From the NCBI GenBank assembly GCA_003169975.1, contig PNAA01000056.1, positions 3,123 through 67,122 on the forward strand: DNA of 64,000 bases. Direction: 5' to 3'. Position 1 is the first letter of the stretch. Each line of letters opens with the position of its first letter. The position numbers and the translations under genes were made by a program. Source of the stretch: Spartobacteria bacterium (GTDB lineage Bacteria > Verrucomicrobiota > Verrucomicrobiia > Chthoniobacterales > UBA10450). This document shows, piece after piece, positions 25,466 to 33,920 of this stretch. Below the pieces are notes generated by a model. That model was not told the DNA's origin and made no database searches. It worked only from the letters and a program-made list of their open reading frames with translations.

Positions 25466-26140
25466 ATGAAAAAGCGGATCGCTCTCCTGGCGGTGTTGAT
25501 GCTCTGGCGCTCGACGGCATATCCCACCACCAAAGGCTTGAGCCAGATCGTGACGCCGGACTTGCAAGCACCAGGCGATCTTTCGCTCAGTTTCCAGGCG
25601 CAGAGCGAACGCATCGCCAACCCCTACGAGCTGCAAGCGGAAATGGGCCTGACGAACTGGGCCGAGTTTGCCGTCTTTCAAGGATTCAAGCCTAACGAAC
25701 AAATCTTCGGCACGGAGTTTGGTTTGCTGACGAAGGAGCCCTACCTGCTTTCCATCGGATTCATCAACTGGTCTCCGCACAGTCACGTCGACCCGCAACC
25801 CTACCTCGAGGCCGGTTATTACACCGAGCATCAAAAGTTCATCGTCGGCGCCATTCACGCCGGCTACAAAAACGAAGCGATCCTCGGCTATGCTTACGAT
25901 TTCAACAAAACCTGGCGCGCGCAGGTTGACTTCCAAAGCGGCGCCGAAAATTCAACGACTTTCGGTTTCACCTGGAATATCACGGACGATTTTCAAATGA
26001 ACCCGGCCGTTTACATCAACAATGGTCCCGGACATGACATCTTCGGCTATGTCGTGTTCACCTATACCTTTCATCTCTGGGGCAAGCGCGAAAGTGACTC
26101 GGGCGCGCCGGCCGGAGCCATCAGCCCGGCTGGAAAGTAG
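25466..26140 (+). CDS. small outer-membrane beta-barrel protein (hypothetical)
   Basis: Signal peptide MKKRIALLAVLMLW, alternating aromatic/polar beta-strand pattern (YVVFTYTFHLW). Confidence 0.55.
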   Translation: MKKRIALLAVLMLWRSTAYPTTKGLSQIVTPDLQAPGDLSLSFQAQSERIANPYELQAEMGLTNWAEFAVFQGFKPNEQIFGTEFGLLTKEPYLLSIGFINWSPHSHVDPQPYLEAGYYTEHQKFIVGAIHAGYKNEAILGYAYDFNKTWRAQVDFQSGAENSTTFGFTWNITDDFQMNPAVYINNGPGHDIFGYVVFTYTFHLWGKRESDSGAPAGAISPAGK

Positions 26141-26145
26141 CCAAA

Positions 26146-26250
26146 GGCTTTACGGTCACCGAATCGGCCTCGCAGACGATCCTCGACTTCGCCGCTTTAG
26201 GCGCGATAACGAACCTTTTCGATGCCAATCTCGTCCAAGAAGTCTCCGCG
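26146..26250 (+). pseudogene. remnant of a USP-like tail related to the C-terminus of the 23466/47954 permeases
   Basis: A Met-less open frame reads GFTVTESASQTILDFAALGA...NLVQEVSA. Compare YAVSDSASQTIVDIAATIGAS...NLVREVSD at the end of 23466-25337. There is an internal deletion and no upstream gene body. Confidence 0.3.
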
Positions 26251-26487
26251 ACCCCTAGTTCGTCAAACCGCCGCGATAAGACGATCGCCGAATTTTGCCT
26301 CTTTGACGAACTCACGAGGATTACCTTACACCGCAGTTTGGTTCAAGAAGGTGTGCAGAGATCTCGGCAAGAATGCGATTTCCGCCAAATCATAGCCAAG
26401 GCCCGCGCGGAAAAGATTCCTTGTTCAGCTACGTCGGCGAAGGTATCTATACCCGAGATCTGCGCGTGCTTCTCTCACGGCACCCAC

Positions 26488-26765
26488 AATTAGCCTCCAC
26501 GAGAGCGAAGCCGGTGGTGCCATTTGCGTCGCGCGCAATGACCGTGTAAGCGCCCTCGCCTACCGGGAGCGGTTACCCCAGGGTCGCGGACTCGAGGGCG
26601 TTCATGGGGGGCGATGGTGGTCGCATTGATGGCTGCTTTCTGTTCAGCGGCGATGATGCCACCCACCCGCGCAGTCATCCAGTTGTCATTGGAAGCGATC
26701 AAGCCGCCGGTGGAGTCGTGTAACTTGAGGATCGGATCCGACGCAACCGGCCGGTTTTCAAGTCC
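26488..26765 (-). pseudogene. degraded copy of the C-terminal repeat domain seen in 284-1789
   Basis: Reads ...DPILKLHDSTGGLIASNDNW...AAINATTIAP, then shifts frame at a G6/C6 run (26606-26611) to NALESATLG*PLPVGEGAYTVIARDANGTTGFALVEAN, with an in-frame TAA (26573-26575 complement). No N-terminal domain is present. Confidence 0.55.
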
Positions 26766-26827
26766 GCAGGCGAAGGTCAAGGATAGAATGACGTGTGTCG
26801 CGCGCCTGTGCACGGCAGTTGACGCCG

Positions 26828-27178
26828 ATGCGGAAGAAACATACTATCCCGTTCGTGCAAGAGTTTCGTGAGCACAAGGTGTGGCAGCGTCCTTTGATTC
26901 TGGCGCTCGCTCTCCATTTCCTTCTCGGCCTCGCGATGACCGCTTCGCCCTGGCTGCACGAGCGCCTCCATCACGAGGCCAACGACGGGCATCACGAATG
27001 TCTGGTGGCGGTAATGCATTCCGGCGGCACTGACGGAACGGTGATCGCCCCGGTCCTCGCGCCTGACTTCCATCCGGCACCGGAGTTTGTCGCTGTCGCT
27101 CAGCGTCAATCCAGTGAAATCCCGTCGATTTTTCTTCGTGCCCGCGTCTTCGAGCACGCTCCGCCCTCACTCGGCTAG
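26828..27178 (+). CDS. 116-aa membrane-anchored His/Cys mini-protein (paralog of 42183-42533)
   Basis: ASPWLHERLHHEANDGHHECLVAVMHSGG ... RARVFEHAPPSLG aligns with ASPQLHARFHADAGSPDHECAVTLIATGK ... GARIFEHAPPALS. The ATG at 26828 gives the same 116-aa length as the paralog. Confidence 0.6.
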   Translation: MRKKHTIPFVQEFREHKVWQRPLILALALHFLLGLAMTASPWLHERLHHEANDGHHECLVAVMHSGGTDGTVIAPVLAPDFHPAPEFVAVAQRQSSEIPSIFLRARVFEHAPPSLG

Positions 27179-27289
27179 TTCAGCGTTAACTGGCGGGCTC
27201 GCCCGACTCTTCGTCCGGTAACTCGCCGGAGAACTTCGTCCGCGCGACCGCTTTCAGGTCGGCCAGTCTTCTGAATCCGCGAGTAATTA

Positions 27290-28324
27290 GTGAGTTGGTT
27301 CCATTTCAATCTCCAAGATTTTTCGATCTCATTCCTGAGCATCCTGTTTGAAGGCGTTCCCTTCATGTTTATCGGGACGCTGCTCTCGGGAGTGATTGAC
27401 GCGTTCGTGCCGGCGGAACGAATCGAGACGATTCTGCCCGAGAATCGCACGGCCGCGATCGCGCTGAGCGGATTGCTCGGAGTGGTTTTTCCAATGTGCG
27501 AATGCGGAGTCATTCCGGTGATCCGGCGGCTCCTGCGAAAAGGCCTGCCTGTTTCCTGCGGGCTTACTTACCTGCTCGCCGCGCCGATTGTGAATCCGAT
27601 CGTCGCGCTCAGCACCTTTGCCGCATTTCGCGGTCAACATCCCTGGGCGATAACTTCGTTTAGATTGACGCTCGGATTTGCCGTCGCGGTTGCCTTTGGC
27701 CTGGTCGTACAACGCATTCCGTTACCGGAAATGTTGAACCGGCGCATGCTCGCGTCGTTGCCGAACTCTGGGTCGCGCCGCGTTGCGCCGCTATCAGCCG
27801 AGATTCCCGCGCTCGCCGCCGCCGGCGGCCTAACGATCGAAGCAGCCGTCGCCTTCCCCGTTATCTCCCCGGAAACGATTGTGGAACTGCACGATGAGGC
27901 ACATGAGGAGAAAAGTTTCGGCGGCAAAATCGTCGGCGCCATTCGATGCGCAGCGTTCGATTTTCTCGACGTCGGCTTTTACCTCATTATCGGCGCGGCG
28001 ATCGCGAGCCTCTTCAACACCGCCATTGATCGCCATGTGCTCCTGCCACTGGCCAGTCACCAACTCTTCGCCCCGCTCAGCCTGATGGTGTTGGCGTTGT
28101 TGCTCTCGCTTTGCAGCACCTCAGACGCATTTATCGCCGCAAATTTCCTCACCTTCCCGGCAAGCGCGAAGCTCGCCTTCATGGTCTTCGGCCCGATGAT
28201 GGATCTGAAGCTGCTCTTCATGTACGGCCTTGTCTTCACTAAGCGCCTGACATTTTCGCTCGCGCTTGCCCTGTTCGTTGTAATCGCGGCGTTGGCGCTC
28301 TCCCTCGCTCCTTTTCTCCGGTGA
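27290..28324 (+). CDS. ArsP/YraQ-type predicted permease (PF03773-like)
   Basis: 344 aa, multi-TM, with the conserved FPMCECGVIPV motif. GTG start. Confidence 0.85.
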   Translation: MSWFHFNLQDFSISFLSILFEGVPFMFIGTLLSGVIDAFVPAERIETILPENRTAAIALSGLLGVVFPMCECGVIPVIRRLLRKGLPVSCGLTYLLAAPIVNPIVALSTFAAFRGQHPWAITSFRLTLGFAVAVAFGLVVQRIPLPEMLNRRMLASLPNSGSRRVAPLSAEIPALAAAGGLTIEAAVAFPVISPETIVELHDEAHEEKSFGGKIVGAIRCAAFDFLDVGFYLIIGAAIASLFNTAIDRHVLLPLASHQLFAPLSLMVLALLLSLCSTSDAFIAANFLTFPASAKLAFMVFGPMMDLKLLFMYGLVFTKRLTFSLALALFVVIAALALSLAPFLR

Positions 28325-29367
28325 AAATCCTTACCCGTACTCTTCCGCCGCTTACGCTTTTCGTATGGGGAGCCATCCTCACTTATTTCTACTTCAGCGG
28401 CAGGATCGCGTCGTTTCTGCATCCAATGTTTCGGCCGTGGGTGCTGGTGACCGGAGTTTTGCTGGTGATTACGGCACTCTGTGTAGCTCTCTTTCCCGAA
28501 GGAAGTTGTGGGCATGATCACGAGCATGAGAAGGGGCAGCTTAATGGACAACTGACCGCGGGCAATGTCATGGCTTTTCTTCTCCTCCTTCTTCCGCTCG
28601 CCCTCGCCGCCAAGATTTCGCCGGATAGTTATGGCGCCGATCTGATTCGTCGGCGTGGATTGGTGGAAGACATTCGCGGTCTGCCAGGGGTGAACAGCCG
28701 CGTTAGTCGGGTCCCATCGCCGGCTAACCCTACGCCTCCAGCTTCGTTGTCCGCGCAGGCCGCCGTTCTGCATCAATCCATCGCCCGCGCCGCGGCCACA
28801 CGGCGCAAACAACCACAGCAGTCCATCTCGAAGAGCCTGGAGATCGCCGCGCAGGAGCACGGCGACGAGCCCGCCCTCCCAACTCAGGATGGCGGCGGCG
28901 ACGCGCCGCCTCCGCCTGGCGACGGCGCCTACCAAAATGAATTTCTCAGGCCCAACTCTGCCGGCAATATCAAGGTACAGGTGACCGATCTGTTGTATGC
29001 CGCGCAGGAGTCGTTCACACGCAAAGATTTCGAGGGCAAACGAGTCGAGATCATCGGCCAATATCTGGCGCCGAAGAAGAAGGGTGCGAAAGAAAAAATT
29101 GAGCCCGACTCTTTCATGCTCCTGCGGCTCGTGATGGTCTGTTGCGCGGCGGACATGATGCCGGCCGCGGTGAAGATCGAAGCGCCGAAAAAGCCAGCCC
29201 ACCCGCGCGACACGAGTTGGGTCAAAGTGGTCGGCCGGGTGCACTACCGGCCGCGCCCCAAAGGAGTGAGCGAGGACGGCATCGATTACGGAAATATGCC
29301 TGAGCCGGTCATAGTGGCGGAGAGCATCACGAAGGCCCCTACGCCGGAGGAAAAATACATCTATTAG
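28321..29367 (+). CDS. DUF1980 / TIGR03943-family partner of the permease
   Basis: Two N-terminal TM helices, a His-rich loop (CGHDHEHEKG), and a C-terminal LRLVMVCCAADMMPAAVKI...WVKVVGRV signature. It overlaps the permease gene by 4 nt. Confidence 0.8.
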   Translation: MKILTRTLPPLTLFVWGAILTYFYFSGRIASFLHPMFRPWVLVTGVLLVITALCVALFPEGSCGHDHEHEKGQLNGQLTAGNVMAFLLLLLPLALAAKISPDSYGADLIRRRGLVEDIRGLPGVNSRVSRVPSPANPTPPASLSAQAAVLHQSIARAAATRRKQPQQSISKSLEIAAQEHGDEPALPTQDGGGDAPPPPGDGAYQNEFLRPNSAGNIKVQVTDLLYAAQESFTRKDFEGKRVEIIGQYLAPKKKGAKEKIEPDSFMLLRLVMVCCAADMMPAAVKIEAPKKPAHPRDTSWVKVVGRVHYRPRPKGVSEDGIDYGNMPEPVIVAESITKAPTPEEKYIY

Positions 29368-29378
29368 CCCGCTTCCCG

Positions 29379-30071
29379 ATGAAACTCCTCGCACCTAACG
29401 TTCTCCGGCTGCTGATTAGCGCAGCCGCTCTTCTGCTCGCCTCGACGAGCCTGGCAACGAGTTCGTTTTCTACGGTCGTGATCGATCCCGGCCATGGTGG
29501 CTTTGATCGCGGCGGGATTCCGGGACAACTCGTGCCGGAAAAAAACGTGGCGCTCGATACGGCCCTCCGCCTGCAGAGGCTGCTGCAACAGGCCGGCCTG
29601 CACACGGTCCTGACCCGCTCGACCGACGTTTTCATTCCGCTCCCGCAGCGGGCCGCAATCGCCAACGCGCAGCCGCAGTCGATTTTCGTGAGTATTCATT
29701 ACAACGCTGCTCGCCGGCAGGGAGCGCACGGCATCGAGACCTATTTTGAAGACTCCCGGGGGGCGGCTTTGGCGGCGCGGATTCAGCGGCAAATCATCAG
29801 CCGCGTAAGCACCGACAATCGTGGGATTCGGCATGCCACCTATTACGTCCTGCGGAAATGTCAGAAACCCGCCGTTCTTGTGGAATGCGGGTTCCTGACC
29901 AATCCCGGCGAAGCGCAGCTCGCGCTCACCGCCCGCTATCGCCAAATGGTAGCGGAGCAAATCGCGGCCGGCATTCTCGAACAGAGGCATTTCGCCTTTC
30001 CGGCGCCGATCGATCGCACGCCCCGCAAGAAGCACCATAAATCCTACCGCCTGGCGCGAAAATCGGACTAA
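29379..30071 (+). CDS. N-acetylmuramoyl-L-alanine amidase (Amidase_3)
   Basis: Signal peptide, then VVIDPGHGGFDRGG...SIHYNA...ECGFLTNPGE. Confidence 0.9.
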   Translation: MKLLAPNVLRLLISAAALLLASTSLATSSFSTVVIDPGHGGFDRGGIPGQLVPEKNVALDTALRLQRLLQQAGLHTVLTRSTDVFIPLPQRAAIANAQPQSIFVSIHYNAARRQGAHGIETYFEDSRGAALAARIQRQIISRVSTDNRGIRHATYYVLRKCQKPAVLVECGFLTNPGEAQLALTARYRQMVAEQIAAGILEQRHFAFPAPIDRTPRKKHHKSYRLARKSD

Positions 30072-30076
30072 CGAAC

Positions 30077-31900
30077 ATGGAACCTTTAATGGACATTTTA
30101 GCTCCCGTGCCGTCCGACCTGACGACAGCTGACCTGGCCCGGCTGCGGCGAGCCGCACTCTGGTTGGCGATCCCATTTGTCTTCGGCGCGGGAGCGAGTC
30201 TGGCTGTCGCGGCGGCAGTCGCAACGCCGCTTTTTGCGGGAATGGAAGCGTACCTCTGTTGGTGCACTCTCGTTTCCATCATCCAAAACATTTTCCTCCA
30301 ACTGCAAAGCTCGGATCTGACGAACGCGGAGGACAACAAGGCGCTGCACAAACGGCAACACGAACCGGGCCGGGTGGGCCGGAACGATCCGCCGGTTAAC
30401 TCGCCGCCGGGTCTGACCAGCTTCGCGATCGGCTGGCAGTGGGTGATCTTTTTCGCGGGGACAATTGCGATCGCGGTGGCCGTGCGCACGTCCCTTGCCA
30501 CCACGCCGCTCTCTCGCGATGCGCTGGTCTCTCTTCGCGTCGCTACCGTAATCTTTCTTTCGTTAGGCTGCGTTTACTATTTCTTCGGAAACTTCGCCCG
30601 GGCTGTCGCGGCCCGCGTCGCTTCCGAATTGCTCGCGCCGCTGCTGGCCCTCACCCGCATCGCTTCCTTTGCTTCCTTCATCAGCGCGGCACTGGTCTTT
30701 CTCTTCATCTCGACTACGCGCGATTATAGCGCCTGGTTCGGTTGGGCCGTGCTCGCTTTCAGCGGCTTCCTTATCCTCGAGGCGCTCCTTCGTTTCGGAC
30801 TGCGCTTTTACCAACCGAAGAGTATCCGCACGGTCCCGGGCCCGGCCGGAACGAGCCCGATTCTGGAAGCTCTCTTTGGCCGGGGTCAGGGCCTCGGCTC
30901 GGCCGTTCAAGGTTTCGAAGATTTGTTAGGCGTAAAGCTACGCGAGGTTTGGATCGTTCGTTACCTGCGCCAAGCGATCGAGCCCATCATCTTGGGAACG
31001 GTCGTTCTCGGCTGGTTGTCCACCTGTTTCACGGCCGTGCCCGCGGGCAGCCGCGCGGTGCGGATCGTTTTTGGTCGCTACCAGCCGGTCGCGCTCCAAC
31101 CGGGATTGCATCTCACCTGGCCGTGGCCAGTCGAGCGGCTCGAAATTGTCGAGACCGAATCCGTCAGGCAAATTTCCCTCGGCTTCGACAAGGATCTCTC
31201 CGGCCCGATTCTCTGGAGCGAGCCGCACTTTGAAGGCGAAAAGAATCTTCTTGTCGGCGACGGCGAATCGCTTCTCACGATCGATGTGCCGATTCTCTAT
31301 CGGATCTCCGACCCGGTGCGCTTCCTCGAGACTACGACCGATGCGGAGAAGGCGCTGCTTGTTCTCGCGGAACGCAAACTGATTCAGATCGCCGGCTCGC
31401 GCAGCAGTTTCCAGATCATGACTGAAGAGCGCGCGGAAATTGCGCACAAGTTGCACGACGCTTTGCAAAGCGAGGTGCACGGCCTCGGCCTCGAGGTGAT
31501 CTTTGTTGGGCTGAAGGACGTGCACCCACCGGTGGATGTCGCACCCGCTTTCCAGGAAGTGATCAGCGCCCAGGAAGAAAAGGAAAAGACGATCGACCTG
31601 GCACGCGCGTCGCGGGCGCAAGTCCTGCCGGAGGCGAAGGCGCAAGCCCACCGAATGCAGGTCGCGGAGGACGCCAGTTACAAGGAACGTGTTGCCGCCG
31701 CCCAGGGAGCGGCTGCCCGTTTCACGGCGATTATCGATGCGGATCGGGAGAACAGCGCCGTCTTTCGCCTGCGGCTGAAGCTCGATGTCCTGGAGCAGGT
31801 TCTCGGCAAGGCGACGAAAACGATTCTGGCCGTGCCGGAACGCTCGAAACAGGAGCTCTACCTCGATCTGCGAAACACCCAGGAGATGCCGCCGCCGTGA
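30077..31900 (+). CDS. polytopic membrane protein with C-terminal SPFH (HflK-like) domain
   Basis: About 300 aa of TM helices, then RAVRIVFGRYQPVALQPGLHLTWPWPVERLEIV... and an HflK-like coiled tail. Confidence 0.75.
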   Translation: MEPLMDILAPVPSDLTTADLARLRRAALWLAIPFVFGAGASLAVAAAVATPLFAGMEAYLCWCTLVSIIQNIFLQLQSSDLTNAEDNKALHKRQHEPGRVGRNDPPVNSPPGLTSFAIGWQWVIFFAGTIAIAVAVRTSLATTPLSRDALVSLRVATVIFLSLGCVYYFFGNFARAVAARVASELLAPLLALTRIASFASFISAALVFLFISTTRDYSAWFGWAVLAFSGFLILEALLRFGLRFYQPKSIRTVPGPAGTSPILEALFGRGQGLGSAVQGFEDLLGVKLREVWIVRYLRQAIEPIILGTVVLGWLSTCFTAVPAGSRAVRIVFGRYQPVALQPGLHLTWPWPVERLEIVETESVRQISLGFDKDLSGPILWSEPHFEGEKNLLVGDGESLLTIDVPILYRISDPVRFLETTTDAEKALLVLAERKLIQIAGSRSSFQIMTEERAEIAHKLHDALQSEVHGLGLEVIFVGLKDVHPPVDVAPAFQEVISAQEEKEKTIDLARASRAQVLPEAKAQAHRMQVAEDASYKERVAAAQGAAARFTAIIDADRENSAVFRLRLKLDVLEQVLGKATKTILAVPERSKQELYLDLRNTQEMPPP

Positions 31901-31916
31901 TCAGCCTAACGATTCT

Positions 31917-32825
31917 ATGAAACCTCAAATGCTCATCCGTAGCGCCGTTTCCATACTCATCCTCGTCGTTCTTTTTTCGTTCATGCTCGGATTCCAAGTC
32001 CGCCAGAACGAGCAAGTGGTTCTAACCCGCTTCGGCAATCCGGTGCGCGTCATTCATCACCCTGGTCTGTATCTGAAATGGCCGTGGCCGATCGAGAAAG
32101 TGAATCGATTCGATGCGCGTTTGAATTTCTACGAGATCCGATTGTCCGAAGCCCTAACGAAGGATAAACGTAATGTTATCGTCCCGGCGTTTGTCGCCTG
32201 GCGAATCGCCAGTCCGCAAAAATTCCTCGAGGCCATCGGCAGCGTCGAGAACGCGCAAGGCAAACTCGACAGCCTCGTGAGCAGCGCGAAAAATACCGTG
32301 CTCGGCAGCTTCGATTTCAACCAGTTGGTTTCGGTCAAACCGGAAGACGTCAAGTTGGCAGAGATCGAGACGAAAATCACCCAGCTAACTTCCGGGCAGG
32401 CGCTGCATTCGTTCGGTATTCAAATCGAACAGGTCGGAATCGAGCGCGTCACTCTGCCGGAAGTCAACACGAGTTTCGTCTTCGAGCGGATGCGGGCGGA
32501 GCGTGCGCAATTCGCGGCGCGCTACCGGGCGGAAGGCCAGCAGGAAGCCGACGCAATCAATGCTCAGACCGATGCCGAGAAAACCGTCCTCCTCGCCGAA
32601 GCGCGAAAATCCGCAGAAGAAACGCGTGGCAAGGCGGAGGCGGAAGTGGCTCATATTTATTCCGCGGCGCATCAGGAGCAGCCGGATCTCTATCGATTCT
32701 TGCGTGAACTGGAAGCACTCAAGAAAGTCGTTAACCAGAACACGACGCTCGTACTCGACGCCAATTCGCCGCCGTTCGATCTCTTGAAAACCGGTCCGTT
32801 GCCCGCGACCACTCCGGCGCCATGA
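31917..32825 (+). CDS. SPFH-domain protein, HflC-like
   Basis: MKPQMLIRSAVSILILVVLF... VVLTRFGNPVRVIHHPGLYLKWPWPIEKV. I prefer the ATG at 31917 over the track start at 31785. Confidence 0.85.
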   Translation: MKPQMLIRSAVSILILVVLFSFMLGFQVRQNEQVVLTRFGNPVRVIHHPGLYLKWPWPIEKVNRFDARLNFYEIRLSEALTKDKRNVIVPAFVAWRIASPQKFLEAIGSVENAQGKLDSLVSSAKNTVLGSFDFNQLVSVKPEDVKLAEIETKITQLTSGQALHSFGIQIEQVGIERVTLPEVNTSFVFERMRAERAQFAARYRAEGQQEADAINAQTDAEKTVLLAEARKSAEETRGKAEAEVAHIYSAAHQEQPDLYRFLRELEALKKVVNQNTTLVLDANSPPFDLLKTGPLPATTPAP

Positions 32826-33907
32826 AGCAGAAACGCGAAGACGCTCTTTTTCCGGCGCACGCGATTTTGGCCGCGCTCCGTTCCAGCATCCGCATCCTGC
32901 GTTGGGGAATGCTCATCCTCGTCCTCATTTACCTCTGTTCGGGCATTACCGTGATTGGGCCAAACGAACGCGGACTTGTGCTTCGTTTTGGCCGTGCCCT
33001 CCCGAAGACCGCGCCGCCTGGGCTGCTCCTGGCCTGGCCGGCGCCGATTGACGAAATCGTTAGGCTACCAGCAAAAAGCGTGCAGGATGTGGCGCTCGAG
33101 ACCTGGGCGGAAGGGACTGATGGCTCATGGCACGATTCGTTGCATCCCCTCCGCGATCCCTACACGATCAGTGGCGATGTGAACATCATCCGCGCGCGCT
33201 TTTCCGTGCGTTTCCAGATCGCAGATCCGATCGCTTACGAATTTGGGGCGTCCGAGCGCGACGCTCTGCGCGACGCCATTCTCTACCAGTCCGTCAGTCG
33301 GACGCTCGCCTCGATGAATGTGGATGATATTCTCACTACGCGTCGCGATCACATCGGCCAGGAAGCAATGCGGTTGGCGCAGGCGGAAATGGATCGACTC
33401 GGCCTCGGCATTCAATTGTTGGCGTTTGAAACGCGAGAGATCAATCCGCCGGCGCAAGTGTTGCCGGCGTTTCAGGATGTAGTGAGCGCGAAGGTCCAGG
33501 CCAAGACGATGGTGGAACCGGCGCGAAGTCGCGCCGCCACGATCATTCCAGAAGCGAAGGCCGAGGCCTACCGGATTGAGCAACAGGCGCAGGCCTATGC
33601 TGAGGGGCTTACCGCCAAAGCGCGCGGCGAAGTTTCCGCCTTTTTGGCGTTGCTAAAAGAATATCGCGCCAATCCCGGAACGGTGAGGACCCGGCTGTAT
33701 GCCGAAATGATCGAACAGGTGCTGCCGAAACTTCGCGTCGCGACGGTCCTTCCAGGCCAGGGAGCGCCACTGCGCCTGTTGATTGAGCCACAAAAAGGCG
33801 ACGTGGTGGCACCGGCTTCCGAAGATCAGTTTGGCAACGTCCAGGCCTTGCCCGATTCCACTCCTTATCCCAGCAGTCCGTCGACGGAAGACCACGAAAA
33901 TCCTTGA
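32822..33907 (+). CDS. SPFH-domain protein, HflK-like
   Basis: One TM helix, then GPNERGLVLRFGR...PGLLLAWPAPIDEIV and an Ala/Glu-rich coiled tail. 4-nt overlap with the upstream gene. Confidence 0.85.
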   Translation: MKQKREDALFPAHAILAALRSSIRILRWGMLILVLIYLCSGITVIGPNERGLVLRFGRALPKTAPPGLLLAWPAPIDEIVRLPAKSVQDVALETWAEGTDGSWHDSLHPLRDPYTISGDVNIIRARFSVRFQIADPIAYEFGASERDALRDAILYQSVSRTLASMNVDDILTTRRDHIGQEAMRLAQAEMDRLGLGIQLLAFETREINPPAQVLPAFQDVVSAKVQAKTMVEPARSRAATIIPEAKAEAYRIEQQAQAYAEGLTAKARGEVSAFLALLKEYRANPGTVRTRLYAEMIEQVLPKLRVATVLPGQGAPLRLLIEPQKGDVVAPASEDQFGNVQALPDSTPYPSSPSTEDHENP

Positions 33908-33920
33908 TCTGTTTTAACGT

